Source: Eledone cirrhosa
Lineage: Eukaryota
Assembly (NCBI GenBank): GCA_964016885.1
Contig: OZ024745.1
Span: 69,502,001 to 69,566,000, forward strand
DNA length: 64,000 nucleotides
Direction: 5' to 3'
Part shown: positions 12,874-26,261 of the stretch, piece by piece
How positions within the stretch are numbered: position 1 is the first letter of the stretch
Layout: every line of letters starts with the position of its first letter
Made by a program: the position numbers and the translations under genes
Notes under the pieces: model-generated
Told to the model about the DNA's origin: nothing
Seen by the model: the letters and a program-made list of their open reading frames with translations, nothing else
Databases searched by the model: none

Positions 12874-12939
12874 GCGAAGCCAAATTTTAAACATTTGACT
12901 AATTTATTTTATTTTATTTTATATATATATACATATATA

Positions 12940-13073
<134 letters not shown>

Positions 13074-13097
13074 ACATATATATATATGTATATATGT

Positions 13098-14686
13098 AAG
13101 CGGGCCTTAGCAACTCCACTGAAGATGCTCTTCAGAAGCTCCTTGGCTAGCGGTGTACTACCCAGGGAGCTGAAAGAAGGCACAATATGCCCTATCCATA
13201 AAGGAGGTAGTAGAGCGGAGGCCAAGAACTATAGGTTCAGTAAGGTCATGGAGCGAGTCGTCAGAAAGAAACTAATCACTTTCCTCGAAGAAAATGACCG
13301 CCTGACTAGCACGCAACATGGCTTCCGCCCAGGAAGAAGCTGCCTTACACAGCTGCTACATCACTACGACTGGGTACTGAGACAGCTACTAGACAGCTCA
13401 CATGTAGACGTGATATATCTTGACTTTGCGAAGGCATTTGACAAGGTCGACCACGGAATGATATGTCACAAACTACACGGACTCGGCATAACTGGAAAAG
13501 TAGGTGAGTGGCTGCATGGCTTCCTGAGGGACAGAAGCCAGGCAGTCGCAGCAAATGGGGCCCTCTCGAGGGAAACACCGATAACAAGTGGGGTGCCTCA
13601 GGGGACAGTCCTGGGACCACTACTGTTTTTGGTGGCTCTCTCGGACATGCCCTCTGTGGTGCATGCAACAACATCCCTCACTAGCTATGCTGATGACACT
13701 AAGGTAGCACAGGCAATCAAAAACCCGGCTGACGCTGCCCTCTTACAGCAGGATCTGGATGCCATATACAGATGGGCGGAAGAAAACAACATGCAGTTTA
13801 ATGCTGGCAAATTCCAAGCCCTACAATACAAACCTGCAAACACAAACACAAATATAGCGGAACACAGCTACACAGGACCAGGAGGGACCGATATCCCCGT
13901 GTCAAAATCGATACGAGACCTGGGCATAGACATGAGCGATGATGCATCTTTTTCTTCACACATCATGAAGGTGGCGACAGCATGTAGACGATTCGCTGGC
14001 TGGATCTTGAGGACTTTCCTTACAAGAGATCGAGACACCATGTTGACACTGTGGAGGACTTTTGTCCTAAGCCGCCTGGACTACTGCTCCCAGCTGTGGT
14101 CACCCCATAGTGTCAAACTAACCACAGAGCTTGAGGCAATCCAGCGAAGCTACACCAAGAGGATTGCCAAGATGAGGGAGACAAGCTACTGGGAGAGGCT
14201 GAAGGAACTGAACCTCTACTCCTTGGAGCGAAGACGGGAGAGATACGCAGTGATCTACATGTGGAAAATCCTGGAGGGACTAGCACCAAACTTTGGCATT
14301 GGGAGCTGGACCAACCGTCGAACAGGACGTCACTGTGTGGTGCCAAAGGTCCCGTCTTCCACATCTAGAATAAGGAGCAGGTATTGCAATAGCCTGGGAT
14401 TCAAGGGCCCTCAACTCTTCAACAGGCTGCCGAGGCATCTGCGAGACTTGCATGACGTGGAGGTGGATGTCTTTAAGAAACATCTCGACACCTTGTTATC
14501 CAGGATCCCGGATGAGCCCACAGCAAGACACGAGGGAAACCTAAGGGCAGCAGCAACAAACTCCCTCCTACACCAGTGGCCAACCTATACAGGCTGGAGA
14601 TAAAATGTGTAGCAACAAGGGCGGTGCCCCAGCATGGCCTCAGCCGGATGGCTGAAACAGGTAAAAGAGTAAAAGAGTAAAAGAGT
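13098..14686 (+). mobile_element. 5'-truncated CR1-clade LINE (RT portion) with (GTAAAAGA)n tail
   Basis: QHGFRPGRSC, YLDFAKAFDKVDH, SGVPQGTVLGP, YADDTK, RDLG, LDYCSQLWSP, SLERRR. Appears to lack the PISL motif after KNYR. Ends in GTAAAAGA x3 and is flanked by TA arrays. Confidence 0.9.
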
Positions 14687-14731
14687 ATATATATATATAT
14701 ATATATGTGTGTATATATATATATATATGTG

Positions 14732-14829
<98 letters not shown>

Positions 14830-14870
14830 CACACATATATATATATATATATGTATATGTATATGTGTAA

Positions 14871-14905
<35 letters not shown>

Positions 14906-14908
<3 letters not shown>

Positions 14909-15040
14909 CGAAGGAAATGTGGTAAGGAACCAGGTGGACCATAACGCACCAAAGTTCTCAATACTTAGGGTAGTAGAGTGGGTAATAGTAATTAGCCGTC
15001 GAAACGGCTTTAGCTCAGCCGTCGGGTCCTACACCTTCCT
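14906..15040. repeat. Dispersed short element, family B (other copies 40372-40536 and 63614-63798, opposite orientation)
   Basis: Shared GTGGTAAGGAACCAGGTGGACCATAACGCACCAAAG..CTTAGGGTAG..GAGTGGGTAATA plus a GC-rich hairpin region. All copies are TA-flanked. Confidence 0.8.
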
Positions 15041-15055
15041 ATATATATATATATA

Positions 15056-15520
<465 letters not shown>

Positions 15521-15543
15521 ACATATATATATGTGTGTGACAC

Positions 15544-15575
<32 letters not shown>

Positions 15576-15587
<12 letters not shown>

Positions 15588-15815
15588 ATAGCTTTCACCG
15601 TATTTTTAACTAAAGGAATTTTAGCTTGATAACGGGGTTTAGAACCCTCAGATAAATGGAAAAAGATGAGTATTGACGTACATGTACATCAATACTCATC
15701 TTTTTCCATTTATCTAAACCCCGTTATCAAGATAAAATTCCTTTAGTTAAAAATACGGTGAAAGCTATATATTTTCTAATTTCAAACTCGCTCACTGTTT
15801 CAAAACATACTTACT

Positions 15816-15818
<3 letters not shown>
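15576..15818. mobile_element. Fold-back, MITE-like element family D (second copy 63126-63327)
   Basis: Near-perfect ~205-bp palindrome centred near 15682, flanked by TA arrays. Confidence 0.75.
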
Positions 15819-15861
<43 letters not shown>

Positions 15862-15900
15862 GTATATATGTATATATATATATATGTATGTATATATGTA

Positions 15901-15997
<97 letters not shown>

Positions 15998-16242
15998 GCA
16001 TATATGTATATATATATATATATATGCATATATGTATATATATATATGTATATATGTATATATATATGTATATATATGTGTATATATATATGTATATATA
16101 TGTATATATATATGTATATTTATGTGTATATATATATGCATATATATATATGTATATATATATATATGTATATATGTATATATATATATGTATATATGTA
16201 TATATATATATATGTATATATGTATATATATATATATATGTA

Positions 16243-17350
16243 TGAAAGACGTAAAATAAGAAAATTAAAAATTAACTTACTAAAATTTTCACTCCAACTA
16301 ATTAGATTCTGTAAGGAAATAAATATAGTTACGTAATGTAACTATAGAGAAGTCCTTACGTGATCAGGGAGTCTATTCTCAGTTAAGTTCCCAGGCAATG
16401 CGCGGACACTAGGAACCCATATACAAATAATAATTCTTTGGATGGAATAAAGCTAGCGGAGACCAAATTCCAGGGCACTGAAAAAATTCACTTCCTACTT
16501 GGTCAGTGGCAAATTCTAAAGAATCAATCACGTGACACTGAGGTTAATCAGTGAGGAGTGGGGTGGTATTATGACAAGAGCCTACCTACTACCATGAACC
16601 ATAGCAGTAAATTTTGGAAAGTTTCGCTCAACAAATAATTTGAAGATAAATATAGAGAATTAGTGTATCTACCAACATATGTATACAGATGTATACCCAT
16701 GCTAGCAAATATATATGTTATGTCTTAGTACGTTTGTGGGTCTATGCAAGGGGATGCAGAACAATTATACGAAAGACGTAAAATAAGAAAATTTTAAAAA
16801 TTAAAAATTAACTTTCTTACTAAAATTTTCACTCCATCTAATTAGTTTCTGTGAGGGAATAAATATAGTTACGTAATGTAATAATAGAGAAGTCCTAACG
16901 TCATCAGGGAGTCTATTCTCAGCTAAGTTCCCAGGCAATGCGCGGACACTAGGAACCCATATAAAAATAATAATTCAGTGGATGAAATAAAGCTAGCGCG
17001 GACTAAATTCCAGGGCACTGAAAAAATTCACTGCTTACTTGGTCAGTGGCAAATTCTAAAGAATCAATCACGTGACACTGAGGTTAATCAGTGAGGAGAG
17101 GGGTGGTATTATGACAAGAGCCTACCTACTACCATGAACCATAGCAATAAATGTTGGCAAGTTTCGCTCAACAAATAATTTGGAGTTACATATAGAGAAT
17201 TAGTATATCTACCAACATATGTATACAGATGTATACCCATGCTAGCAAATATATATGTGTTATGTCTTAGTACCTTTGTCCGCGTATTGCCTGGGAACTT
17301 AGCTGAATAGACTCTCTGATGACGTAGGGACTTCTCTATATTTACATTAC
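16243..17350 (-). repeat. Tandem ~530-bp units carrying hammerhead motifs, plus a short inverted third fragment
   Basis: Units 16243-16737 and 16770-17277 align closely. 17278-17350 is an inverted partial copy. Each full unit has a hammerhead-like motif on the minus strand. Confidence 0.8.
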
Positions 17351-17437
17351 AAGTATAACAATAAATTACAAGTATAACAATATTTGTTTCGACACACGAT
17401 TTCATATAAAAAACCTCGCAAAACTAATTCATCGCCG

Positions 17438-17481
<44 letters not shown>

Positions 17482-17488
17482 TTATATA

Positions 17489-17521
<33 letters not shown>

Positions 17522-17590
17522 ATATGTATATATATATATGTATATATGTATATATATATATGTATATATATGTATATGTATATATATATG

Positions 17591-17643
<53 letters not shown>

Positions 17644-17774
17644 GAACAAATATAAACACACACAGATACCCGGATATGGCGCATGCGAAGACTGAGCACA
17701 CAACACACACACAGAAACAAAATGGCGTAGGACAGAACAGAGGAGAGGCACAAAAACAAAGAAAAGAATCCCCA

Positions 17775-17817
17775 GTCACTGATGAGGTCAGATAATGTGT
17801 GACGAAAGAACTTTGAC
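17775..17817 (+). ncRNA. Minimal hammerhead ribozyme in pLTR family C (17645-18011)
   Basis: GTCA CTGATGA GGTCA-GATAATGTG-TGAC GAAA GAAC TT TGAC. Confidence 0.8.
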
Positions 17818-18029
17818 AATATATAAACAACTATCTGGTTGTGGAACCAACCACCCAACCAGAAATTTATAAATTTATTATAATAAATTGAAGTGAAGCA
17901 ACTGGTGCGTGTGTTTCTTATTGGCAACATGACCCTCCCAAAGTACAACAATATCGGTTTCAACACACGATTTCAGATAAAGAATCTTGCTAAACAAATT
18001 CAGAAACGAAATATATATATATATATATA

Positions 18030-18072
<43 letters not shown>

Positions 18073-18199
18073 ATATATATATGTATATATATATATGTAT
18101 ATATATATATGTATATATATATATATGTATATATATATATGTATATATATATATTTGTATATATATATATTTGTATATATATATATTTGTATATATATG

Positions 18200-18246
<47 letters not shown>

Positions 18247-18337
18247 ATATATGTATATATATATATATGTATATATATGTATATATATATGTATATATAT
18301 GTATATATATATATATGTTTATATATATGTATATATA

Positions 18338-18370
<33 letters not shown>

Positions 18371-18794
18371 GTGTATATGTATATATATATATGTATATAT
18401 ATATATATGTATATATATATATGTATGTATATATATATGTATGTATTAGAAAGTGAGGTTTTTCTCACAAAATGAAAATAAACCGAGGTGTCCTACACAA
18501 GTGAAAGTATAAAGAAAAAAAGATGAAATCGAAAATGCAACTAGAGTCTTATTTTTAAGAAAATATATATATTTATTTGGTTCCTTTACCGGTTTCGAGG
18601 TTCTTCTGCTTTTCAAAAGTAGAGTTGAGATGGAGGGTCTGTGGATTTTCTCACATCTTACATACATACATATCTCATATCTTACATACAAATATGTATG
18701 TATATATACATAAATATATATATATATGTATGTATATATGTATGTATATATATATATTTATATATATATATGTATATAATATATGTGTATATAT

Positions 18795-18828
<34 letters not shown>

Positions 18829-19412
18829 GTATATATATGTATATATGTATGTATATATATATATGTATATATATGTGTATATATAAATATATATATATCC
18901 AAAATTAAGACAAATTAAATGAATTTAATCTAAATCAAAATTATGGATGTCATGCCAGAAAAAACATATATATATGTATATGTATATATGTATATATATA
19001 TGTATATATATATATTTGTGGAAACAAAACGTAGAATAACCAGATCACTCTCAAGATCTCAACAGAGATTGCCCACAAGAAACTGGACGAAAAAACGATC
19101 TAAACCTGAAAGCAAACCTAGGTCATTTTCCCAGATTGTTAAAAATAATGCTAACAGGAAGAAAAATAATATACAGAATACCAAAAATAGGACAAAATAC
19201 ATAACGAAACCAAATATAATATCACGACCAAAAGTTCATCAAGCGAACACCAACAGGAATATAAATCCTGAACAGAGAAAAATTCATTTTTTAACGTCAG
19301 GACAACAAAAACCGGAAAAAGAAAAACTCCAGGAGGAAACATACCCAAAACAGCTGTACACGTAGATCCTAAAATAATTAATTTATCTAAAAGAGATCTT
19401 GACAATGATGAA

Positions 19413-21599
19413 ATGCAAATTCTGTCAAAAGGACTGAAATTCACACCGACTCCAACAGTCAACCACCAAGAACTGAAGGAGGATACCCAAGAATTCTGTC
19501 GAAAATTACGTCTTGTAGAATTCTTCGCTGATAAAAATAATGAGAGTGATGAATCACTAGTAAAGAATAAATCAAATTTCACTCCGCCAAAAGGAAGAAA
19601 TATCTATCTCGACCAATACATTGACATCCTGTCTAAATTTCCTCTTAGACATAATACTAATGTTAGGCCAAACATTAACAAATCAGAAATGTCTGCACTT
19701 AAACGTATACAAAATGATAAAACAATAATAATTAAACAAGCAGATAAAGGGGGTGCAGTTGTTATAATGGATACTGAATACTACAAGGATTTGGTTGAGG
19801 AACAACTGAAAGACACAACATTCTATCATGAAATACCGTCAAATATAGACCACAACATCATGAAGAAGATCAACAACCTGGCTTCAAAATACCACAACTC
19901 ATTTACTGATAAGGAAAGAGACTACATCACCAATTTTGAGCCGAAACCCAGCAACCTGTATGGCCTACCGAAAGTTCACAAGTCAAAAGAAATACAACTG
20001 GCAGTAAGAGAACAAAACAGTGAGTACATTAAATTATTACACCCAAAAGACTTAAAACTTAGACCTATTATAGCTGGTCCAACATGCCCCACTCACCGTC
20101 TAAGCAATTTTGTTGACATTATTTTGAAACCACTATGTATTCACATACCCAGTTTCATCCGGGATGATATCGACTTCCTGTCCCATCTTCCCAAAACCAC
20201 GGAAACGAATTCACTTCTACTCAGTTTTGATGTGGTAAGCCTTTACACCAACATTACACATGATTTAGGAATAAAGGCGGTTAAATACTGGGTGGAAAAA
20301 CATAGAGAAGTGATTCCCATTAGATTCACAGCGCCATTTATATTAGACGCAGTTAAACTTATTCTGGAAAACAACACTTTCTTCTTCAATGGAAAGAATT
20401 ACATCCAAATTAGAGGCACAGCGATGGGAACGAAGTTTGCTCCCGTTTACGCGAACTCTGTAATGGGATACTTAGAACAACAACTCTACCAAGAAATAGA
20501 GGAAAAATATAGTACTGACTTTAGAAAGTACATTGAAAAATCTTGGAAGAGATACCTTGACGACTGTTTCATCATCTGGACAGAATCTCTAGATACTCTG
20601 GATGAGTTCAATATCCTCCTGAATAACCTACACCCATCTCTCCAATTCACAAAAGAGATGAGTAGGACCAAATTACCATTCCTAGATATAATGATAATCA
20701 AAAACGACACCACCATTACCACGGATATATATTATAAACACACAGACACCCATCAATATCTGAATTTTAAGTCGTGCCATCCACCTCATACAAAACGCAA
20801 CATCCCATACTGCCTAGCCAGAAGAATTTGTACCATTGTAGAAGATACGAATACCAGGTACAAACGCCTAACAGAACTAAGAGAATTTTTGCTCAAACAA
20901 AAATACCCATCTCTACTTATAGAAAATGGCATACAGCGGGCTATAAAAATACCTATACAACAACTTAGAACAACCCAAAGAAGAAGAAACCAAGAACTGG
21001 TCATACCATTTATAATGACACACAACCCATGTTACCAGAATATCTTCAACACTGCCAAAGCAAACCTACCGATCATTGCTCAAAGTAATGAATTAAAAGG
21101 CTTAATCACAGATCGATCTTTGACTCTTAGTAAAAGACAGCCAAAAAATTTGAAGCAATTGCTAACAAAAGCAAAGTTTGACCTTAACAACAAAGACCAA
21201 TCATTCACTGTATCTAAATGCAATGATAATCGATGCGGCACATGTCAATCCATACACGCCGGTCAATATATGAAAACAAAAACTGGAAAAATATTCACAA
21301 ATGCAAATATGAACTGCAAAAGCAGAAATCTAATTTACTGCATTAAATGCCCGAATTGTGAAGAACTATATGTCGGTCAAACTGGAAATGCACTATCGGA
21401 ACGTGCACGGGTACACCGTCAACAAATCAGAGACCCAAATGTCCGTCAGATACCCCTAAGCGGCCACCTGGCAACATGTGGTCAGGGAATATTTATAATA
21501 TTCCCATTCTACAAATTACACAGCCCAAATGAAATCAAGAGAAAAATCAAAGAAAAGAATTTTATTGATAAATTCAAACCCAAGCTAAATGAACAATAA
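19413..21599 (+). CDS. PLE reverse transcriptase plus GIY-YIG endonuclease (728 aa from the first ATG; frame open from ~19272)
   Basis: LSKGLKF, ADKGGAVV, YGLPKVHK, RPII, SFDVVSLYTNI, GTAMG, RYLDD, LPFLD, CNDNRCGTC linker, NLIYCIKC..LYVGQTG..R..H. Confidence 0.92.
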   Translation: MQILSKGLKFTPTPTVNHQELKEDTQEFCRKLRLVEFFADKNNESDESLVKNKSNFTPPKGRNIYLDQYIDILSKFPLRHNTNVRPNINKSEMSALKRIQNDKTIIIKQADKGGAVVIMDTEYYKDLVEEQLKDTTFYHEIPSNIDHNIMKKINNLASKYHNSFTDKERDYITNFEPKPSNLYGLPKVHKSKEIQLAVREQNSEYIKLLHPKDLKLRPIIAGPTCPTHRLSNFVDIILKPLCIHIPSFIRDDIDFLSHLPKTTETNSLLLSFDVVSLYTNITHDLGIKAVKYWVEKHREVIPIRFTAPFILDAVKLILENNTFFFNGKNYIQIRGTAMGTKFAPVYANSVMGYLEQQLYQEIEEKYSTDFRKYIEKSWKRYLDDCFIIWTESLDTLDEFNILLNNLHPSLQFTKEMSRTKLPFLDIMIIKNDTTITTDIYYKHTDTHQYLNFKSCHPPHTKRNIPYCLARRICTIVEDTNTRYKRLTELREFLLKQKYPSLLIENGIQRAIKIPIQQLRTTQRRRNQELVIPFIMTHNPCYQNIFNTAKANLPIIAQSNELKGLITDRSLTLSKRQPKNLKQLLTKAKFDLNNKDQSFTVSKCNDNRCGTCQSIHAGQYMKTKTGKIFTNANMNCKSRNLIYCIKCPNCEELYVGQTGNALSERARVHRQQIRDPNVRQIPLSGHLATCGQGIFIIFPFYKLHSPNEIKRKIKEKNFIDKFKPKLNEQ

Positions 21600-21974
21600 T
21601 AACGCCTAGGGGTATTACATCTACTACCACTATGACCACGACCACTAACAACAACAACAACAACAATAATAATAATAATAAAAGTGATGTTGATGGTGAT
21701 GATTAATAGAAAATGCTATTTTCATCATTTCAAAAAAGCAAAACAATTGATACGTTGGATATGACTATTGGTCGTTAGCATGCTCAACCAGCCGTGACGC
21801 TTAAACCAATCAGCTGTAGTAATTCAGTGAAACTACACACTGATTGGTCGAAATACAGTTTACAGGGCTTTGCATTCTGGAGCCACTTTTCTCTGTATAA
21901 AATGTATAAAAGGTAGGAAATTTACCCGTCTCATTACAGTTGAAAATTGCAAACTCGACTGTCACCACATATCA

Positions 21975-22013
21975 TGAACCTGAAGATTGCGAAAGCATGA
22001 AAGTACTTGTTCA
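21975..22013 (+). ncRNA. Minimal hammerhead ribozyme in PLE 3' terminus
   Basis: TGAAC CTGAAGA TTGC-GAAA-GCAT GAAA GTAC TT GTTCA; perfect stem I and palindromic GTAC stem III. Confidence 0.85.
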
Positions 22014-22125
22014 ATTAACACTTAGAATTTAATATTCTATCATACTATTTCATTATAATACCATTATATATATTTTAAAGGATTGTAAATAAAACGAGTA
22101 AATCAGACAAAGTTGGAATTCCTCT

Positions 22126-22245
<120 letters not shown>

Positions 22246-22266
22246 GTATATATATGTATATATATG

Positions 22267-22299
<33 letters not shown>

Positions 22300-22326
22300 G
22301 TATATATATGTATATATATGTATATA

Positions 22327-22365
<39 letters not shown>

Positions 22366-22378
22366 TTATATATATGTA

Positions 22379-22431
<53 letters not shown>

Positions 22432-22567
22432 ATAAGCAAGAAAGTAAGTGTTGGTAAAATCCAGTACTTCAGTATGCGGATAGGGAGCACTCAACGAAGA
22501 TATAAGTTCCAGAGTTATAATAGTGACAAAACATAAGTCAATTGCATCAACTCATAATCCTTTATTT

Positions 22568-22623
22568 ACTGCTATATATATTTCGATGATAGCCATTCGA
22601 TGGCTATGACCTCATCAGGCAGT
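22568..22623 (-). ncRNA. Minimal hammerhead ribozyme (family A relative)
   Basis: Minus strand ACTGC CTGATGA GGTCATAGCCAT-CGA-ATGGCTATCATC GAAA TATATA TA GCAGT. Stem II shows a compensatory change relative to the 12697 copy (CAGCC/GGCTG to TAGCC/GGCTA). Confidence 0.88.
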
Positions 22624-23520
22624 TAGTCAGTTCTTAGATATGCCAGCTCTGTGTTTATAGTGTTGATGGTATCAGAGCCTTGGGACATATGAGCTTGTTA
22701 GGAATAATTTAATGTTGTCAGCAGGAATAGTCTTATTTCTCATTGGTCAGTTTGTAGAAGCTAGTAGGGTTGGTATTTGACCTCAAAGAGGCAGGTGGTG
22801 TTGTAAAGTTCAAACCTTCAGGCAAGATGACAATAGTTCCACATGACTGATTTTCACAATAAGCATTCCTGGTCAGATATATATTCAATTAAGGTTAATT
22901 GTATGAAATAGATACTACAGGTCATTCTAAAATTGAGGAATTTATGTGGAGTGGTTCTACTGAAATTTAGAACATTTACATATAAAAAGACTTATGTAGG
23001 TTGGCTTCCACGTACACTCACATCCACCTCTACAGACACACACACACATCCACACATACAAAATGTGGGGTGGTAACACTTAAAATATTGATTAGAGTCC
23101 AATACTTAAATAGTTTAGAAAATTTAGAAATAAAAGGTTTATGCTGGTTGACTTGTCCATACACTCACACCTACCCCCCCCCCCCGACACTCACACATCT
23201 ACACACACAAATCCATACAGGTGTGTATATATATATATGTATGCATGTATGTACGCACAAGCATATATATATATATATATGTATAACATGTTATATATAC
23301 ACAGAACATACATATATATAAAATATATACATATAAAATATATATATATATACATAAAATACACACATACATAAAATATATACACACATAAAACATACAT
23401 ACATATATATATAAAATACACATACATATACATATATATATAAAATATATACATATATATACATACGTATATATAAAATACACATACATACACATAAAAT
23501 ATATACATATATACACATGA

Positions 23521-24060
23521 TATATAATCAACAGTAAAAAACATCAATGACCTTTAATATTGCTTTATTTTATGGATATCTATAGAAAAACAACGTTAAA
23601 ATGAATGACAATATTTCAATTAGCATGCCTAAACATTGATACACACAACTTTATTTGCTAGCTTTGATCAACACCATCATTTATCTATAATTTAGTACAA
23701 TACCTAATCTTTACATATCTACTGCATTTCTTTAACTGTGAATTTTTAATACATTTGTAATCTAAAACATTCGTAATCTAAAACGAGAAAGAAAGAACCA
23801 ATAACAACTCGTTTACCAGGAATATATAATCAACAGTAAAAAACATCAATGGCCTTAATATTGCTTTATTTTATGGATATCTATGGAAAAAACAACGTTA
23901 GAATGAATTACAATATTTCAATTAGCATGCCTAAACATTGATGCACATAACTTTATTTGTTAACTTTGATCAACACCATCATTTATCTATAATTTAGTAC
24001 AATACTTAATCCTTACATATCTATTGAATTTATTTAACTGTGAATTTTTAATACATTTGT
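23521..24060. repeat. Direct tandem duplication, ~300-bp period
   Basis: 23521-23760 aligns to 23823-24060. Confidence 0.85.
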
Positions 24061-25351
24061 CACCTCTTTTAACTTTTAGTTTTATACCCAATCCAAAAAT
24101 GTTTACGAAACTTATCTATAACTCCAAATGTTTAATGACTTTTTGATCTATTATTTATAGTATAATATAGCATATATTTCTTTTAAATATACTTATTGCA
24201 CTATAATATCTAAATTTGAGACAGATTCAAACTTATATATAAATGTGAATTTTTTCGCCATACTTTCGATTTCTAATTTATTTATTTATTTATAATATAT
24301 TAGTTTTATAATATATATATAGTTATATATTGTATTTTATATAGTTTTAAATATTTTTAAATATACTTCTATATACCATACTTCTATATACATGTTTCAG
24401 ATATAGAGAAAATATCCAAACTAAAAACTATTATAGACATTATTTTGAATGTTATACATGCACTCATGTTTCGTTTTTCTTATATGTATGAATATATATA
24501 TTTAAATGTAACATGTTGTTAAGAGTATAACTGTTATCATTTACCTAAAGTATACTACATTAATAATACCTAATATATATGTAGTTATATATTGTATTTT
24601 ATATATTTTTAAATATTTTAAAATATATATCTATATCTAATAATACGTTGATATCTTGGTTGAAGAATAATTATCTATACATTTTATCTGTAACATATTA
24701 TTTTATTTTATTTTATTTTTTCCTTATACATACTGACTCATTAATATATACCTATATACATAATAATTATTCAAATATATATAACAATAAGTACTTTAAA
24801 AGCTTTACATACCTAATATGTTGAGATATTTGTTAAAGCTTAGATTTATGTAATTAATCAACAGTATAATATTTCTTTCTTTACGTGCCAGCTAAATCCT
24901 GTAAAATGTTATTCTCACAATTCAGAAGTTTAGAAATGATAACACACTTATAGAATTTATATAAACAATATATAAATAAATAGCAAATAATCCTGAAATC
25001 TGGAGTCTTCACATTAATATTATAAATTAAATATTTCCAAATTCTAACCGTTTAACTTTCGGAAAAAAAACCCCACCCACTTTATCTTTCCCTCCTTATA
25101 AATCTTTTTCCAGTGGCTATCACTGGCTGTTATGAATCATGAGACGTTTCCCTAGATATAGTATCATACAATTTAAAATTTTAGAACACTTTAAGTATGC
25201 AACGCTTTTTCTTACTCACACATTCTCTAATGAATTCATTACGTTTTCGCACACTCACACAAATATATCAGCAAAATCTTTCTATTGGGTAATCACTACC
25301 TTGATTAAATCTTAGCCATTTAAAATCTCAGGGTATGTCATGTATCATTAT

Positions 25352-25404
25352 ATTTTGTTTGATGAGGACGTACTGTTTTACATTCGAAATATGTATAATA
25401 AAAT
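25352..25404 (+). ncRNA. Degenerate hammerhead (TTGATGA core) in pLTR 25300-25445
   Basis: ATTTTGT TTGATGA GGACGTA..TACATTC GAAA TATGTA TA ATAAAAT; inverted homolog of 33061-33209. Confidence 0.6.
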
Positions 25405-25468
25405 GTAATTGATCAAAAGAACATCTATTTTATTAATACTTATATATATGTATATATATATGAATATG

Positions 25469-25505
<37 letters not shown>

Positions 25506-25782
25506 GTATATATGTATATATATATGTATATATATATGTATATATATGTATATGTATATATATGTATATATATATGTATATATATGTATATGTATATATA
25601 TATGTATATATATGTAGATATATATGTATATATATATGTATATATTTGTATATATATATGTATATATATGTATACATATATATGTATATATATATATGTG
25701 TATATATATATGTTTTTATATATATGTATATATATATATATGTATATATAAATATATGTATATATATGTATATATATGTATG

Positions 25783-25855
<73 letters not shown>

Positions 25856-25994
25856 GTATATATATTTATGTATATATATGTATATATATTTAAGTATATA
25901 TATGTATATATATGTATATATATGTATATATATGTATATATATCTATCTATATATATATATATATGTATATATATGTATATATATCTCTCTATC

Positions 25995-26025
<31 letters not shown>

Positions 26026-26116
26026 ATATATATTTATATATGTATATATATGTACATATATGTATATATATGTATATATATGTATATATATGTATATATA
26101 TATATGTATATATATG

Positions 26117-26161
<45 letters not shown>

Positions 26162-26261
26162 GTATATATATGTATATATATGTATATATGTGTATATATA
26201 TATTTATATATATATATATAGATATATATATAGATATATATATGTGTATATAGATATATTT

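Larger units (their letters stand above)
12550..12921. mobile_element. Fold-back PLE pseudo-LTR mini-element (family A)
   Basis: Inverted arms ~12644-12773 and ~12800-12921, embedded in TA arrays. A related single copy lies at 22435-22630. Confidence 0.75.
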
